From assembly GCA_949294455.1 (NCBI GenBank), contig CASFHD010000002.1, positions 150,674 to 214,673 on the forward strand: a stretch of 64,000 bases of DNA. The letters run 5' to 3'. The notes under the pieces were generated by a model, which did no database searches, had not been told where the DNA came from, and saw only the letters and a list, made by a program, of their open reading frames with translations. This stretch comes from an uncultured Christensenella sp. Lineage in GTDB: Bacteria; Bacillota; Clostridia; Christensenellales; UBA1242. Numbering within the stretch: the stretch's first letter is position 1; each line of letters starts with the position of its first letter. A program made the position numbers and the translations under genes. Positions 19,344 to 27,936 of the stretch are shown here, one piece after another.

Positions 19344-20234
19344 ATGAATATTTTAGAAAATTATTTTACATTAGATTTAAAATCAGGAATTTCAAAATTA
19401 GATTTTGATATTGTTAATGAAATTAGGTTGCGTGCGGGTTGCCAAGTAATTGTAACAATTGGCTTAAAAAAATATTATTTAGGCAAAAATGGTCTAACAA
19501 GTATGGATAACGCTATAATTGTTACAAACACTGATTTAGAAGAATTTTTGATGCGTGCTTGTGAACATTCGGTTTATGCTGTTAGTGAATACATAAAAAA
19601 AGGCTTTGTAACAATAGATGGAGGAATAAGAGTAGGACTTACAGGTACTGTAATATATTCTGCAGGTGAAGTATTAACAATTAGAGATATAAATTCAATA
19701 TGCATTAGAATACCTCACGAAATAAAAAATTGTGCTTTGCCCGCTTTACAATATATTTATCAAAATGGAATAAAAAACACTTTAATACTTTCAAGACCAG
19801 GTGCAGGTAAAACTACTTTTTTAAAAGATTTAATTTATCAGTTAGATTCCAATGGAATATCGTTAAATTGTTTAGTTTTGGACGAGCGTGAAGAATTGAA
19901 TGTTAAATCAAGATTTGTAGATAGAATTATTGGCGCTGAAAAAAAATATGCAATCTCATCAGGTATTAGAAGTATGCGTCCTGATGTAATTATCTGTGAT
20001 GAAATAGACTTAAATGTTGATTTGCCTTCAATTATTGATGCTTGTAGTTGTGGAGTTAATGTAGTTGCTACCATTCACGCAAAGGATATTATGGAATTAA
20101 AACGCAAAAAAGGTTTTGATTATATATTTGAAAATCGAATTTTTGATAGATATATAGTATTAAACAATATAGATAAAATAGGTAACCTTGTGTCTATTTA
20201 TAATGAAAATCTAAATTGCATTTATAGTAGGTAG
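19344..20234 (+). CDS. spoIIIAA: stage III sporulation protein AA (ATPase)
   Basis: EIRLRAG N-region, Walker A SRPGAGKTTFLKDL, Walker B VIICDEID. First gene of an 8-gene spoIIIA-like row downstream of efp, as in B. subtilis. Confidence 0.85.
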   Translation: MNILENYFTLDLKSGISKLDFDIVNEIRLRAGCQVIVTIGLKKYYLGKNGLTSMDNAIIVTNTDLEEFLMRACEHSVYAVSEYIKKGFVTIDGGIRVGLTGTVIYSAGEVLTIRDINSICIRIPHEIKNCALPALQYIYQNGIKNTLILSRPGAGKTTFLKDLIYQLDSNGISLNCLVLDEREELNVKSRFVDRIIGAEKKYAISSGIRSMRPDVIICDEIDLNVDLPSIIDACSCGVNVVATIHAKDIMELKRKKGFDYIFENRIFDRYIVLNNIDKIGNLVSIYNENLNCIYSR

Positions 20235-20235
20235 T

Positions 20236-20706
20236 ATGAAATTTTTATTGATGATTATTTTCGTTTTGTTATGTGTAAACATAGCCTCACGAGTTTCAAA
20301 GAAATTTAAAGAGGAGTATTTATACTATTCTGATTTTATGGATTTTATAAATGAATATGAAATCAATGTTATGTATAAAAAAGAAAAATTACAAAATTTC
20401 ATTAAAAAATTGCAAAAAAATTCAAAATTTGGCGAAATTTTAACAAATTTTTATGAAAATTTACAAAAAAATCAAAAAATTAATTACAATTACAAACTTT
20501 TATCTAAATCAGAAAATGATTTTTTAAATGACAGTTTAAATTCATTAGGTGGGTATGATAGTGATAGAGAAGAACAAAATTTAAAATCTATAAAATTAAA
20601 AGCTGAAAAATATCTAGCTACTGCAAAAGAAAATTTAAAATTTTGTCCTGTAATTGTAAAACTTGCCTTATTGCTATCTATAGGCTTATGTATCATTTTT
20701 ATTTGA
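20236..20706 (+). CDS. spoIIIAB: stage III sporulation protein AB
   Basis: Position, size (156 aa), N- and C-terminal TM helices flanking a helical cytoplasmic domain. Confidence 0.7.
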   Translation: MKFLLMIIFVLLCVNIASRVSKKFKEEYLYYSDFMDFINEYEINVMYKKEKLQNFIKKLQKNSKFGEILTNFYENLQKNQKINYNYKLLSKSENDFLNDSLNSLGGYDSDREEQNLKSIKLKAEKYLATAKENLKFCPVIVKLALLLSIGLCIIFI

Positions 20707-20715
20707 GGAGGGAAT

Positions 20716-20910
20716 ATGCCATTTGACATTATCTTAAAAATAGCTGGAATTGGGTTAGTAACTTCAATTATTAACCAAATATTGAAATATTGCGGGAAAG
20801 AAGAAATTGCTTCAATTACTACATTAGCGGGTCTTATAATTTGTCTTTTAATGGTGATAGATTTAATTAGTCAGTTGATAACTTCAATAACAAGTCTGTT
20901 CTCGTTTTAG
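20716..20910 (+). CDS. spoIIIAC: stage III sporulation protein AC
   Basis: 64-aa two-TM protein (ILKIAGIGLVTSIINQILK), GGAGGG SD, position. Confidence 0.8.
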   Translation: MPFDIILKIAGIGLVTSIINQILKYCGKEEIASITTLAGLIICLLMVIDLISQLITSITSLFSF

Positions 20911-20918
20911 AGGTCTTT

Positions 20919-21299
20919 ATGATTATAAAAGTTGTTGTTATTGGTTTAGTTACGGCTTTTTCTTATGTGATTTTGAAACAATTAAAACCAGAACTCGCTA
21001 TTTTTGTAACCTTATCAGGTAGTCTTATTATAATATCGCTGTGTTTAAGTAGTATTGGTGGCGTTGTCAATTCTGTAGTTGAAATGTTTAATTCTACCGG
21101 ATTAAATTCATCTATTTTAACTCCTATTATAAAAATAGTGGGAATTGGGTATATTGTAGAATTTTCAGCAAATATTTGCACTGATATTGGGGCTAGTTCC
21201 ATTGCCGATAAAATATTATTTGCAGGTAAAATCGCTATAGTGGTAGTTGCTTTTCCTATAATTTCTTCAATGATTGAAGTGATAATGGGGCTTATATGA
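20919..21299 (+). CDS. spoIIIAD: stage III sporulation protein AD
   Basis: 126-aa four-TM protein with IKIVGIGYIVEFSANICTD, paralogous to AC. Position. Confidence 0.8.
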   Translation: MIIKVVVIGLVTAFSYVILKQLKPELAIFVTLSGSLIIISLCLSSIGGVVNSVVEMFNSTGLNSSILTPIIKIVGIGYIVEFSANICTDIGASSIADKILFAGKIAIVVVAFPIISSMIEVIMGLI

Positions 21300-22507
21300 T
21301 GAGTTGCAAAATTAATTTACAAACATTAAAAAATTTAAAAAAATCTAAAAAAATATTATTTGCATTAGTAATTTTTGTTTTCGTAGGATTTTTAGTGTTT
21401 TTGCCTATGAATGAAACTCTTTGTAAAGATAACGATTTTAGTCAAATTTATGAATCTATTGAAAATAGTTTGAACGATTTCGACCTTTCGCAGTTACAAG
21501 AAATTGCTGATAGTCAAAAATTATTTTCTTTTGGAAATTTAGGTGATTATGTCAAGTCTATTGTCAGTGGTAATGGTGTAATAGATTTTGATAATATAAT
21601 TGATTTTTTGTTGTCTATTTTAAGTGATATAATTTTGCAATTTTTACCTATGTTTTCTTTGGTGATTGGAATATGCGTTGTCTGTAGTCTAATATCAAAC
21701 ATTAAATCTAAATTTCAAGAAAAATCTGTCAGTAATATAATTAATTTTGTGTGTTTTTCTGCTGTCGGTATAATAATAATTTCTTCTTATACTCAAATAA
21801 TTGTAAACACTGAAAATACTCTAAATAGTTTAAATAAAACTATGAACAATATATTTCCAATTTTGCTAACTTGTATGGTAGCAATAGGAGGGACTACTAC
21901 AGTTTCTACATATCAACCTATACTTGCTGTTATGACTAATATTATGTCTAATCTGATGAGTTATATAGTTTTGCCTATTTGTATTATGTGTTTTATATTT
22001 TCTGTAATTGGCAATTTATCCGACAGCGTAAAATTAAATAAATATGTTGACTTTTTTTCAAGTTTATTCAAATGGATTATTGGGCTCATTTTTACCTTGT
22101 TTTTTGCGGTATTGTCCATTCAGGGAATAAATGCTAGTTCTATTGATTCTTTATCAATAAAAGCAACTAAATTTACAATTTCTTCATATATTCCTATTGT
22201 TGGTGGGTATTTATCACAAGGATTAGATATTTTGATGTTAAGTTCGGTATTAATTAAAAACTCTATAGGGCTAATAGGTATTTTAATTATAATTTCACTT
22301 GTTATAGTTCCTATTATAACTGTTGCAATTTTTTCGCTGAGTTTAAAACTTGCAAGTGCTGTTTTGGAACCTATTGGTAACACTAAAGTCTCTACACTTT
22401 TAAGTTCAATTTCAAAGTCAATTTCAATGCTTAGCTCAACTCTTATTTGTGTGGGTTTTGCATATACTTTAAGTTTGGGGCTTATGATGTGTACATTGAA
22501 TATTTAA
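21296..22507 (+). CDS. spoIIIAE: stage III sporulation protein AE
   Basis: 403-aa polytopic protein with signal/TM then soluble N-domain and 7-8 TM helices (SIKATKFTISSYIPIVGGYLS). Overlaps AD by 4 nt. Confidence 0.85.
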   Translation: MMSCKINLQTLKNLKKSKKILFALVIFVFVGFLVFLPMNETLCKDNDFSQIYESIENSLNDFDLSQLQEIADSQKLFSFGNLGDYVKSIVSGNGVIDFDNIIDFLLSILSDIILQFLPMFSLVIGICVVCSLISNIKSKFQEKSVSNIINFVCFSAVGIIIISSYTQIIVNTENTLNSLNKTMNNIFPILLTCMVAIGGTTTVSTYQPILAVMTNIMSNLMSYIVLPICIMCFIFSVIGNLSDSVKLNKYVDFFSSLFKWIIGLIFTLFFAVLSIQGINASSIDSLSIKATKFTISSYIPIVGGYLSQGLDILMLSSVLIKNSIGLIGILIIISLVIVPIITVAIFSLSLKLASAVLEPIGNTKVSTLLSSISKSISMLSSTLICVGFAYTLSLGLMMCTLNI

Positions 22508-22828
22508 TAATTTGGCAAGCTTAAAAGCATTAAAAAGTTTTATCAAATACGTTTTATTCAATTATTATTCAGTACTATATAAATACAATTTATCACTTTC
22601 CATATTTAGTTTTACTTCAAAAACTTTTCACAAATAAATTTATTGCTTTTTGCTAAATGAAATAAAAATAAATTTATCGCTTTTTTATAAATAAATTTCA
22701 TTACTTCATTACTTTTCCATAATAAAATTCTTTGTTCTTTTATAAATTAAATAATAAATAAAATTCATTGTTAAAATATTTTTGATTATTTTTTAGACTT
22801 GCAAATATAAATATTTTAGGAGGTATAT

Positions 22829-23305
22829 ATGCAAGCGTATATGCTATCTATAGTTGGAGTGGTAGTGGCAAGTGTTTTTATCGACCTTGTTATGCCGGTT
22901 GGACAAACAAGCAAATATATTAAATCTATTTTTGCGATTTTCGTTATTTTTGTTTTAGCCTCACCTGTTTTGAATTTTGTTTCAGACAAAGAAAAAATCA
23001 AAGATTTAGTGCAATCCGATGGTTACAACCTTGTAGACAGTTATCTAGAAAATTTTTATAAATCAAAAGTCGAGGCTTATGAAAATGAAATTTTGTCGGT
23101 TTTTGAAAGTTATGACATACACGATATAGATGTGTCAATAGAATATTCTGTAGAACACAATGATTTGATAGTAAAATCTGTTACTGTAAATCTCAAAAAT
23201 GTGGTGATAGGGGACAAGGCGGACAATGTAAACCTTTATTCACTTTCTAACGAAATTATTAATGAGGTTATTTATGAAGAGGTTTTGGAGGTTAGATATT
23301 TATGA
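22829..23305 (+). CDS. spoIIIAF: stage III sporulation protein AF
   Basis: AGGAGG SD. Two N-terminal TM helices with the SKYIKSIF motif typical of SpoIIIAF. Position. Confidence 0.7.
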   Translation: MQAYMLSIVGVVVASVFIDLVMPVGQTSKYIKSIFAIFVIFVLASPVLNFVSDKEKIKDLVQSDGYNLVDSYLENFYKSKVEAYENEILSVFESYDIHDIDVSIEYSVEHNDLIVKSVTVNLKNVVIGDKADNVNLYSLSNEIINEVIYEEVLEVRYL

Positions 23306-23718
23306 AAAACTTTTTATTAAAGTTAAAAAGCATAAAACATATTGAATATATTGTTGCACTTATATTTATTGTCGCAATATTGCTTATTTATTTTTCAAAT
23401 AGTTCTGGTAAAACAAAAACTGAATCATCTAAGACAAATTCAACTAATATATACGATTATATAGACAATTTGGAGTCTGATATTGAAAGCGTTTTGCTAA
23501 AAGTTAATGGAGTTAATTCCTGTGAAGTATTAATCACTTTAAACCTTCAAGAAGCATCAGTAAATAATTCGAACATTACACTTGACAAATTTCCTTCAGT
23601 AAAAGGTATTATTGTTGTTGCTGATGTAATTGATACTTATGCAAAAATGTCGATTATTGAAGCAATAGAGGCTATTATTGATGTAAATAGGGATAATATA
23701 CAAATTTTAAAATCTTAA
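23302..23718 (+). CDS. spoIIIAG: stage III sporulation protein AG (short form)
   Basis: N-terminal TM, then LE..IE.VL..V.GV....V.I and VKGIIVVAD...AK..IIEAI. Overlaps AF by 4 nt. Confidence 0.7.
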   Translation: MKNFLLKLKSIKHIEYIVALIFIVAILLIYFSNSSGKTKTESSKTNSTNIYDYIDNLESDIESVLLKVNGVNSCEVLITLNLQEASVNNSNITLDKFPSVKGIIVVADVIDTYAKMSIIEAIEAIIDVNRDNIQILKS

Positions 23719-23769
23719 GGTTATAAAAAATCACTTGTCCACATATATTTGAGTAGTGATGGAGGGAAT

Positions 23770-24249
23770 ATGAAAAGAAAAAAGAAAATTATTATTTTAT
23801 CTTGTATGATAGGATTACTTGTACTAACAGGATACATAAATGTCGCACTAAATTCAAACTTGTCTCAAGAATCAGTTAATACTTCTGGAGAACTCACAAG
23901 TTCTAACTTTTATACAGCTTACCGAGAAGAAAGAGAGAACACAAGAACTGAAGAAATTGCTTTTTATGAAGCAATTATAAATAGCGAGTCAGCATCTGCA
24001 AGTGCTAAATTAGAGGCTGAAAACAATAAACTTGCAATTATAGAACAAATGGAACAAGAGTTGATTGTAGAAGCTATTATAAAAGGCAAAGGTTATGAAG
24101 ATGTTGTAATTACAACTTCTAGTTCTAATGTAAATGTTTTTGTAAAATCACAAGAACTCACCAAACAAGAGGTCGCTCAAATAAGTTCAGTAGTTACAGA
24201 ACAGTTAAAAGTAGATATTGAAAAGGTTATTGTGATACCATCTATTTAA
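23770..24249 (+). CDS. spoIIIAH: stage III sporulation protein AH
   Basis: Start moved to ATG 23770 (GGAGGG SD). N-terminal TM, FYTAYREERENTRTEE motif, C-terminal YscJ/FliF-like domain (GYEDVVITTSSSNVNVFVK). Confidence 0.7.
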   Translation: MKRKKKIIILSCMIGLLVLTGYINVALNSNLSQESVNTSGELTSSNFYTAYREERENTRTEEIAFYEAIINSESASASAKLEAENNKLAIIEQMEQELIVEAIIKGKGYEDVVITTSSSNVNVFVKSQELTKQEVAQISSVVTEQLKVDIEKVIVIPSI

Positions 24250-24315
24250 TCATAAAATTACAAAATTAATTGATTTATGTGATTGATTTTGCTAAACTAA
24301 TAGTGTGAGGTGTTT

Positions 24316-24606
24316 ATGGCAAAATTAAATCTTTTAAATTTTGGCAAGTTGACGCTTAATAATTCTTTGTTAAATGAAATTGTTAAACTGTCATCTCAAG
24401 AAGTTGAAGGCGTAATTCAAGTTTGTAAAACAAAGGTTAGAAATTCAAATATGGGTTTGGTTATTGATACCAGCATAGTTATGGATTCAACTTTTGAAGC
24501 GACTGATTTGGCATACAAAGTTCAGCACAATATTATGACCTCACTAATGTCAATGTTAGAAGTAAATTTAAAATCTATAAATGTGTTTATTAAAGACGCT
24601 GTTTAA
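24316..24606 (+). CDS. Asp23/Gls24-family (alkaline shock) protein, YqhY-like
   Basis: Start moved to ATG 24316 (GAGGTG SD). I..EIV.L...EVEGV motif. Same position as yqhY after spoIIIAH in Bacillus. Confidence 0.75.
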   Translation: MAKLNLLNFGKLTLNNSLLNEIVKLSSQEVEGVIQVCKTKVRNSNMGLVIDTSIVMDSTFEATDLAYKVQHNIMTSLMSMLEVNLKSINVFIKDAV

Positions 24607-24613
24607 AAATTCA

Positions 24614-24642
24614 CCAATTGAAAAATCAGTTGGTTTTTTTTT
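24614..24642 (+). terminator. intrinsic terminator after asp23-like gene
   Basis: 8-bp stem CCAATTGA/TCAGTTGG (one G-U), AAAA loop, T9 run. Confidence 0.75.
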
Positions 24643-24734
24643 ATAAAATTTAATAAAATTTTTAAAAATTTTGTCAAAATATTTGCGATATGCTTTTAGT
24701 TATGATATTATTAATAAAACAAAAGGGGTATCAA

Positions 24735-25766
24735 ATGGATAAATATGTATTAATTACGCTCATTGTGTGTCTAGTAGCCGTAATATTGCTTGCAGTAGCC
24801 TTGGTTATTATTGGCAAAAAAAGTGATAGTTTGGTTGAAGAGGCAAGAGCAAAAGAAAAAGAAGAGATGTTTAAAAATATAACAAATACATCTGAATCAA
24901 AAACTGAAGAAAAGAAACCTGAAGTTGCTTCACCTGTGGTTGAAGAAGTAAAAGAAGAAAGTGTTGTAAAACCAGTGGCAAAGACTACAAAGACAACTGC
25001 AAAAACCAGTAAAACTAGTTCAACAAAAACAACTGCAAATAAAAGTGCAAAGAGTGTTTCAAAATCTTCTACAAAAACAACTGCTAAACCTGTTGCAAAA
25101 ACTACAACAAAAGCACCTGCAAAGTCTGCAACAAAAACTTCTGCAAAGGCAGTAGAAGCTAAACCTGTTGTAAAGACAGAAGAAAAAGCAGTTGAAATCA
25201 AAACTGAAGAAAAGAAACCTGAAGTTGTTTCACCTGTAGCAGAAATAAAAGAAGAAAGTGTAACAAAACCTGTTGCAAAGACAACAAAGTCAACTGCAAA
25301 AACTAGTAAATCTAGTTCAACAAAAACAACTGCAAATAAAGGTGCAAAGAGTGTTTCAAAATCTTCTACAAAAACAACTGCTAAACCTGTTGCAAAAATT
25401 ACAACAAAAGCACCTGCAAAATCTGCAACAAAAACTTCAACAAAGGCAGTAGAAACTAAACCTGTTGTAAAGACAGAAGAAAAAGCAGTTGAAATCAAAA
25501 CTGAAGAAAAGAAACCTGAAGCCGTTTCACCTGTAGCAGAAAAAGTAAAAGAAGAAAGTGTTGTAAAGCCAGTTGCAAAGACTACAAAGTCAACTGCAAA
25601 AACTAGTAAATCTAGTTCTACAAAGTCAACTGCAAAGACACCAGCAAAGTCAGTAGCAAAGACAAGCACAAAAAAACCTAGTACAACTACAACAAAAAAA
25701 TCAACAACAAAAACTACTAGTAAAAATTTAGCTACAAAATCGACTGTTAAAAAGACAACAAAATAA
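24735..25766 (+). CDS. membrane-anchored, lysine/threonine/alanine/serine-rich repetitive protein, function unknown
   Basis: Start moved to ATG 24735 (AAGGGG SD). One N-terminal TM (YVLITLIVCLVAVILLAVALVIIG) followed by KK, then ~320 aa of low-complexity basic sequence (KPVAKTTKSTAKTSKSSSTKTTA...). Own terminator. Confidence 0.6.
   Translation: MDKYVLITLIVCLVAVILLAVALVIIGKKSDSLVEEARAKEKEEMFKNITNTSESKTEEKKPEVASPVVEEVKEESVVKPVAKTTKTTAKTSKTSSTKTTANKSAKSVSKSSTKTTAKPVAKTTTKAPAKSATKTSAKAVEAKPVVKTEEKAVEIKTEEKKPEVVSPVAEIKEESVTKPVAKTTKSTAKTSKSSSTKTTANKGAKSVSKSSTKTTAKPVAKITTKAPAKSATKTSTKAVETKPVVKTEEKAVEIKTEEKKPEAVSPVAEKVKEESVVKPVAKTTKSTAKTSKSSSTKSTAKTPAKSVAKTSTKKPSTTTTKKSTTKTTSKNLATKSTVKKTTK
24900..25625 (+). 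repeat. in-frame tandem repeat, ~300-nt unit, about 2.4 copies
   Basis: Copies start at 24900, 25200 and 25497 (AAAACTGAAGAAAAGAAACCTGAAG...). Copies 1 and 2 differ by scattered substitutions and one 3-nt indel (roughly 90 % identity by eye). Confidence 0.9.
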
Positions 25767-25770
25767 TTAA

Positions 25771-25801
25771 AAACACCTTTTAAACAAAAGGTGTTTTTTT
25801 T
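25771..25801 (+). terminator. intrinsic terminator after the repeat protein
   Basis: 11-bp stem AAACACCTTTT/AAAAGGTGTTT, AAAC loop, T-run. Confidence 0.85.
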
Positions 25802-26501
25802 GTTAAAAATATCAATATATTAGACTATAAACTAATTATTTTGTACAATCAATTTTAGCTTAATTTTTCAATCTTTAATATTATTGTTTTATAAAATTTA
25901 TATGATTTATCTATGTATAAGTATGATAATATATTTTTATTATTTTATAAAGGCTAAAGGATATATGATTTATTATATTTTTTTATTTTATAATGGTTAT
26001 ATGATTTATTATGTTTATTATTTTATATTGTTTTATAGATTATAAAAATTTTTTATTGTTTTATAAAGATGCATGTTTTATATTAGTATATTTTATCATT
26101 TTATATAATTTATTTTGATAATTGTATTATTAATAGTATCTTTATGCATAATTTTTTATAATAAATGATTTGCGATGAAATAATTTTGTTTTGACAATTG
26201 TTTACTCGAAAACATAATAAAATTAATCTAATTAATAATTTGTTATAACACAATCTAATTTAATCATTTATTATAAAATTAATATAATTTGACCATTTAA
26301 TATGATGATTCATTATATAATACGATTTATTTAAAAAATTATTATAATTATTTTTTATAAGTATGATATTAAATTTAATGAATAGATTTTCGACAATTTT
26401 ATACATTTAAATTTTAGTTTTTTAATTTATCTACAAACAAATTGGTTATTTGCACTTTCATTTTTGCATAAATTGTTTCATAATGTGGGGTATAGATATC
26501 T

Positions 26502-27260
26502 ATGACTAAAAAAAAGTTTTTAAAATTTGTTTGTGGAATTTTAGTTGCTTTTATAATTTTTTTTGGCGTAAATTTTGTTGGCAGTGCTGAATGTGCTGGG
26601 GCATATTTTGTAACAGAAAAAAAGTTGTTGCCTATTTATTCAGTAGAAACTCAAGAAAACAAAGTTTCAATTTCATTTGACGCGGCTTGGGGCTCAGATA
26701 AGACTGAACAAATTATGGACATCTGTGATGAATTTAATGTTAAAGCAACCTTCTTTTTAGTAGGGTTTTGGATAGAAAAAAATCAATCACTAACAAAGTC
26801 TATTTTAGACAGAGGTTTTGAAATTGGAATTCATTCAAACACTCACCCTGATATGGCAAAATTATCAGAAAAACAAATAGAAGACGAACTAAATGCTAAT
26901 CAACAAATTTTATTCAATGCCACAGGGCAATATGCTACATTATTTCGTCCACCTTTTGGCAGTTACAATAACACGCTAATATCGGTTTGTAAAAATTTGA
27001 ATTTGACACCTATTCAATGGTCGGTTGACAGTTTAGATTGGAAAGGTTTATCTGCTGAAAATTTGGCTTCAAGGGTAACTAAAAAAGTAAAGTCAGGTGA
27101 TATTATTTTATTTCACAATAACTCAGACAATATTTTGGACGGACTTAGAATTGTGTTGCAGTATTTCAAAGATAATAACATTCAAAATGTCCCAATAGGA
27201 CAATTAATATATAAAGAAAATTACAAAATTAATATACAAGGTACTCAAATAAAAATATAA
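26502..27260 (+). CDS. polysaccharide deacetylase (NodB domain), PdaA/PdaB-like
   Basis: Signal/TM N-terminus. NodB motifs FDAAWG, ATFFLVG, HSNTHPDM, LFRPPFGSYN, IILFHN. Confidence 0.85.
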   Translation: MTKKKFLKFVCGILVAFIIFFGVNFVGSAECAGAYFVTEKKLLPIYSVETQENKVSISFDAAWGSDKTEQIMDICDEFNVKATFFLVGFWIEKNQSLTKSILDRGFEIGIHSNTHPDMAKLSEKQIEDELNANQQILFNATGQYATLFRPPFGSYNNTLISVCKNLNLTPIQWSVDSLDWKGLSAENLASRVTKKVKSGDIILFHNNSDNILDGLRIVLQYFKDNNIQNVPIGQLIYKENYKINIQGTQIKI

Positions 27261-27270
27261 AGGAAAACTT

Positions 27271-27885
27271 ATGAATTATGAACTATTAGAAAATAACCAA
27301 GTCGTTTTATCAGGCGAGGTAGTTAGTGAAATTACATATAGCCACGAAGTATTTAATGAAGCATTTTATACTTTTGTGCTATCAGTAGAAAGATTATCAA
27401 AGGAAGCAGATTTAATACCTGTTACCATTAGTGAAAAATTATTAGCAGTGCGTCCGCTAAAATCTAATGACAAAATTAGTTTGAAAGGTCAATTTCGTTC
27501 TTACAATAAACAGATGGACGGACATTCTAAATTAGTTTTGACCGTTTTTGTGAGGGAATTATTAGAATTCGACGAAACTTTAAATCCTAATTTAGTTACA
27601 TTACAGGGTTATATTTGCAAAGAACCAATTTATCGAACAACACCATTTAATCGAGAAATCACTGATGTTTTAATTGCTTGCAATCGCGCTTATAATAAGT
27701 CAGATTATATTCCTGCTATTGCTTGGGGTAGAAATGCTAGATTTGTTGCAAGCTTGCCGGTAGGCAGTAAAGTAAATTTAAGTGGGCGTGTACAAAGTAG
27801 AGTTTACAACAAAACTTTAGAAACAGGAGAGGTTATTAGCAAAACCGCTTATGAAGTTTCTATATTTAAAATTTCTGTAGAATAA
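27271..27885 (+). CDS. tandem OB-fold, SSB-like protein of unknown role
   Basis: AAGGAAA SD. Two similar halves, each N.V.L.G.V...... ending in a GQFRSYNK / GRVQSRVYNK-type strand, reminiscent of SSB OB folds. No acidic SSB tail. Confidence 0.4.
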   Translation: MNYELLENNQVVLSGEVVSEITYSHEVFNEAFYTFVLSVERLSKEADLIPVTISEKLLAVRPLKSNDKISLKGQFRSYNKQMDGHSKLVLTVFVRELLEFDETLNPNLVTLQGYICKEPIYRTTPFNREITDVLIACNRAYNKSDYIPAIAWGRNARFVASLPVGSKVNLSGRVQSRVYNKTLETGEVISKTAYEVSIFKISVE

Positions 27886-27888
27886 AAT

Positions 27889-27914
27889 AAACACATTGTA
27901 TTGTGTTTTTTTTT
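27889..27914 (+). terminator. intrinsic terminator
   Basis: 7-bp stem AAACACA/TGTGTTT, 6-nt loop, T-run. Confidence 0.7.
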
Positions 27915-27936
27915 GTTTTTTAGTATAATGCTAATT

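Noticed and set aside
24731-25669. 312-aa antisense ORF opposite the K/T/A-rich repeat gene
   Set aside because: It is the mirror image of a low-complexity, stop-poor repeat. It has no SD or promoter. The sense strand has an SD, a TM anchor and a terminator.
25965-26045. 26-codon Tyr/Ile/Phe-rich mini-ORF (MIYYIFLFYNGYMIYYVYYFILFYRL) with a weak AAAGGA upstream, considered as a type I toxin-like peptide
   Set aside because: Its residues are simply those encoded by TAT/ATT/TTT-rich DNA. It lies inside the degenerate repeat array. There is no terminator or antisense-RNA signature and no conservation evidence.
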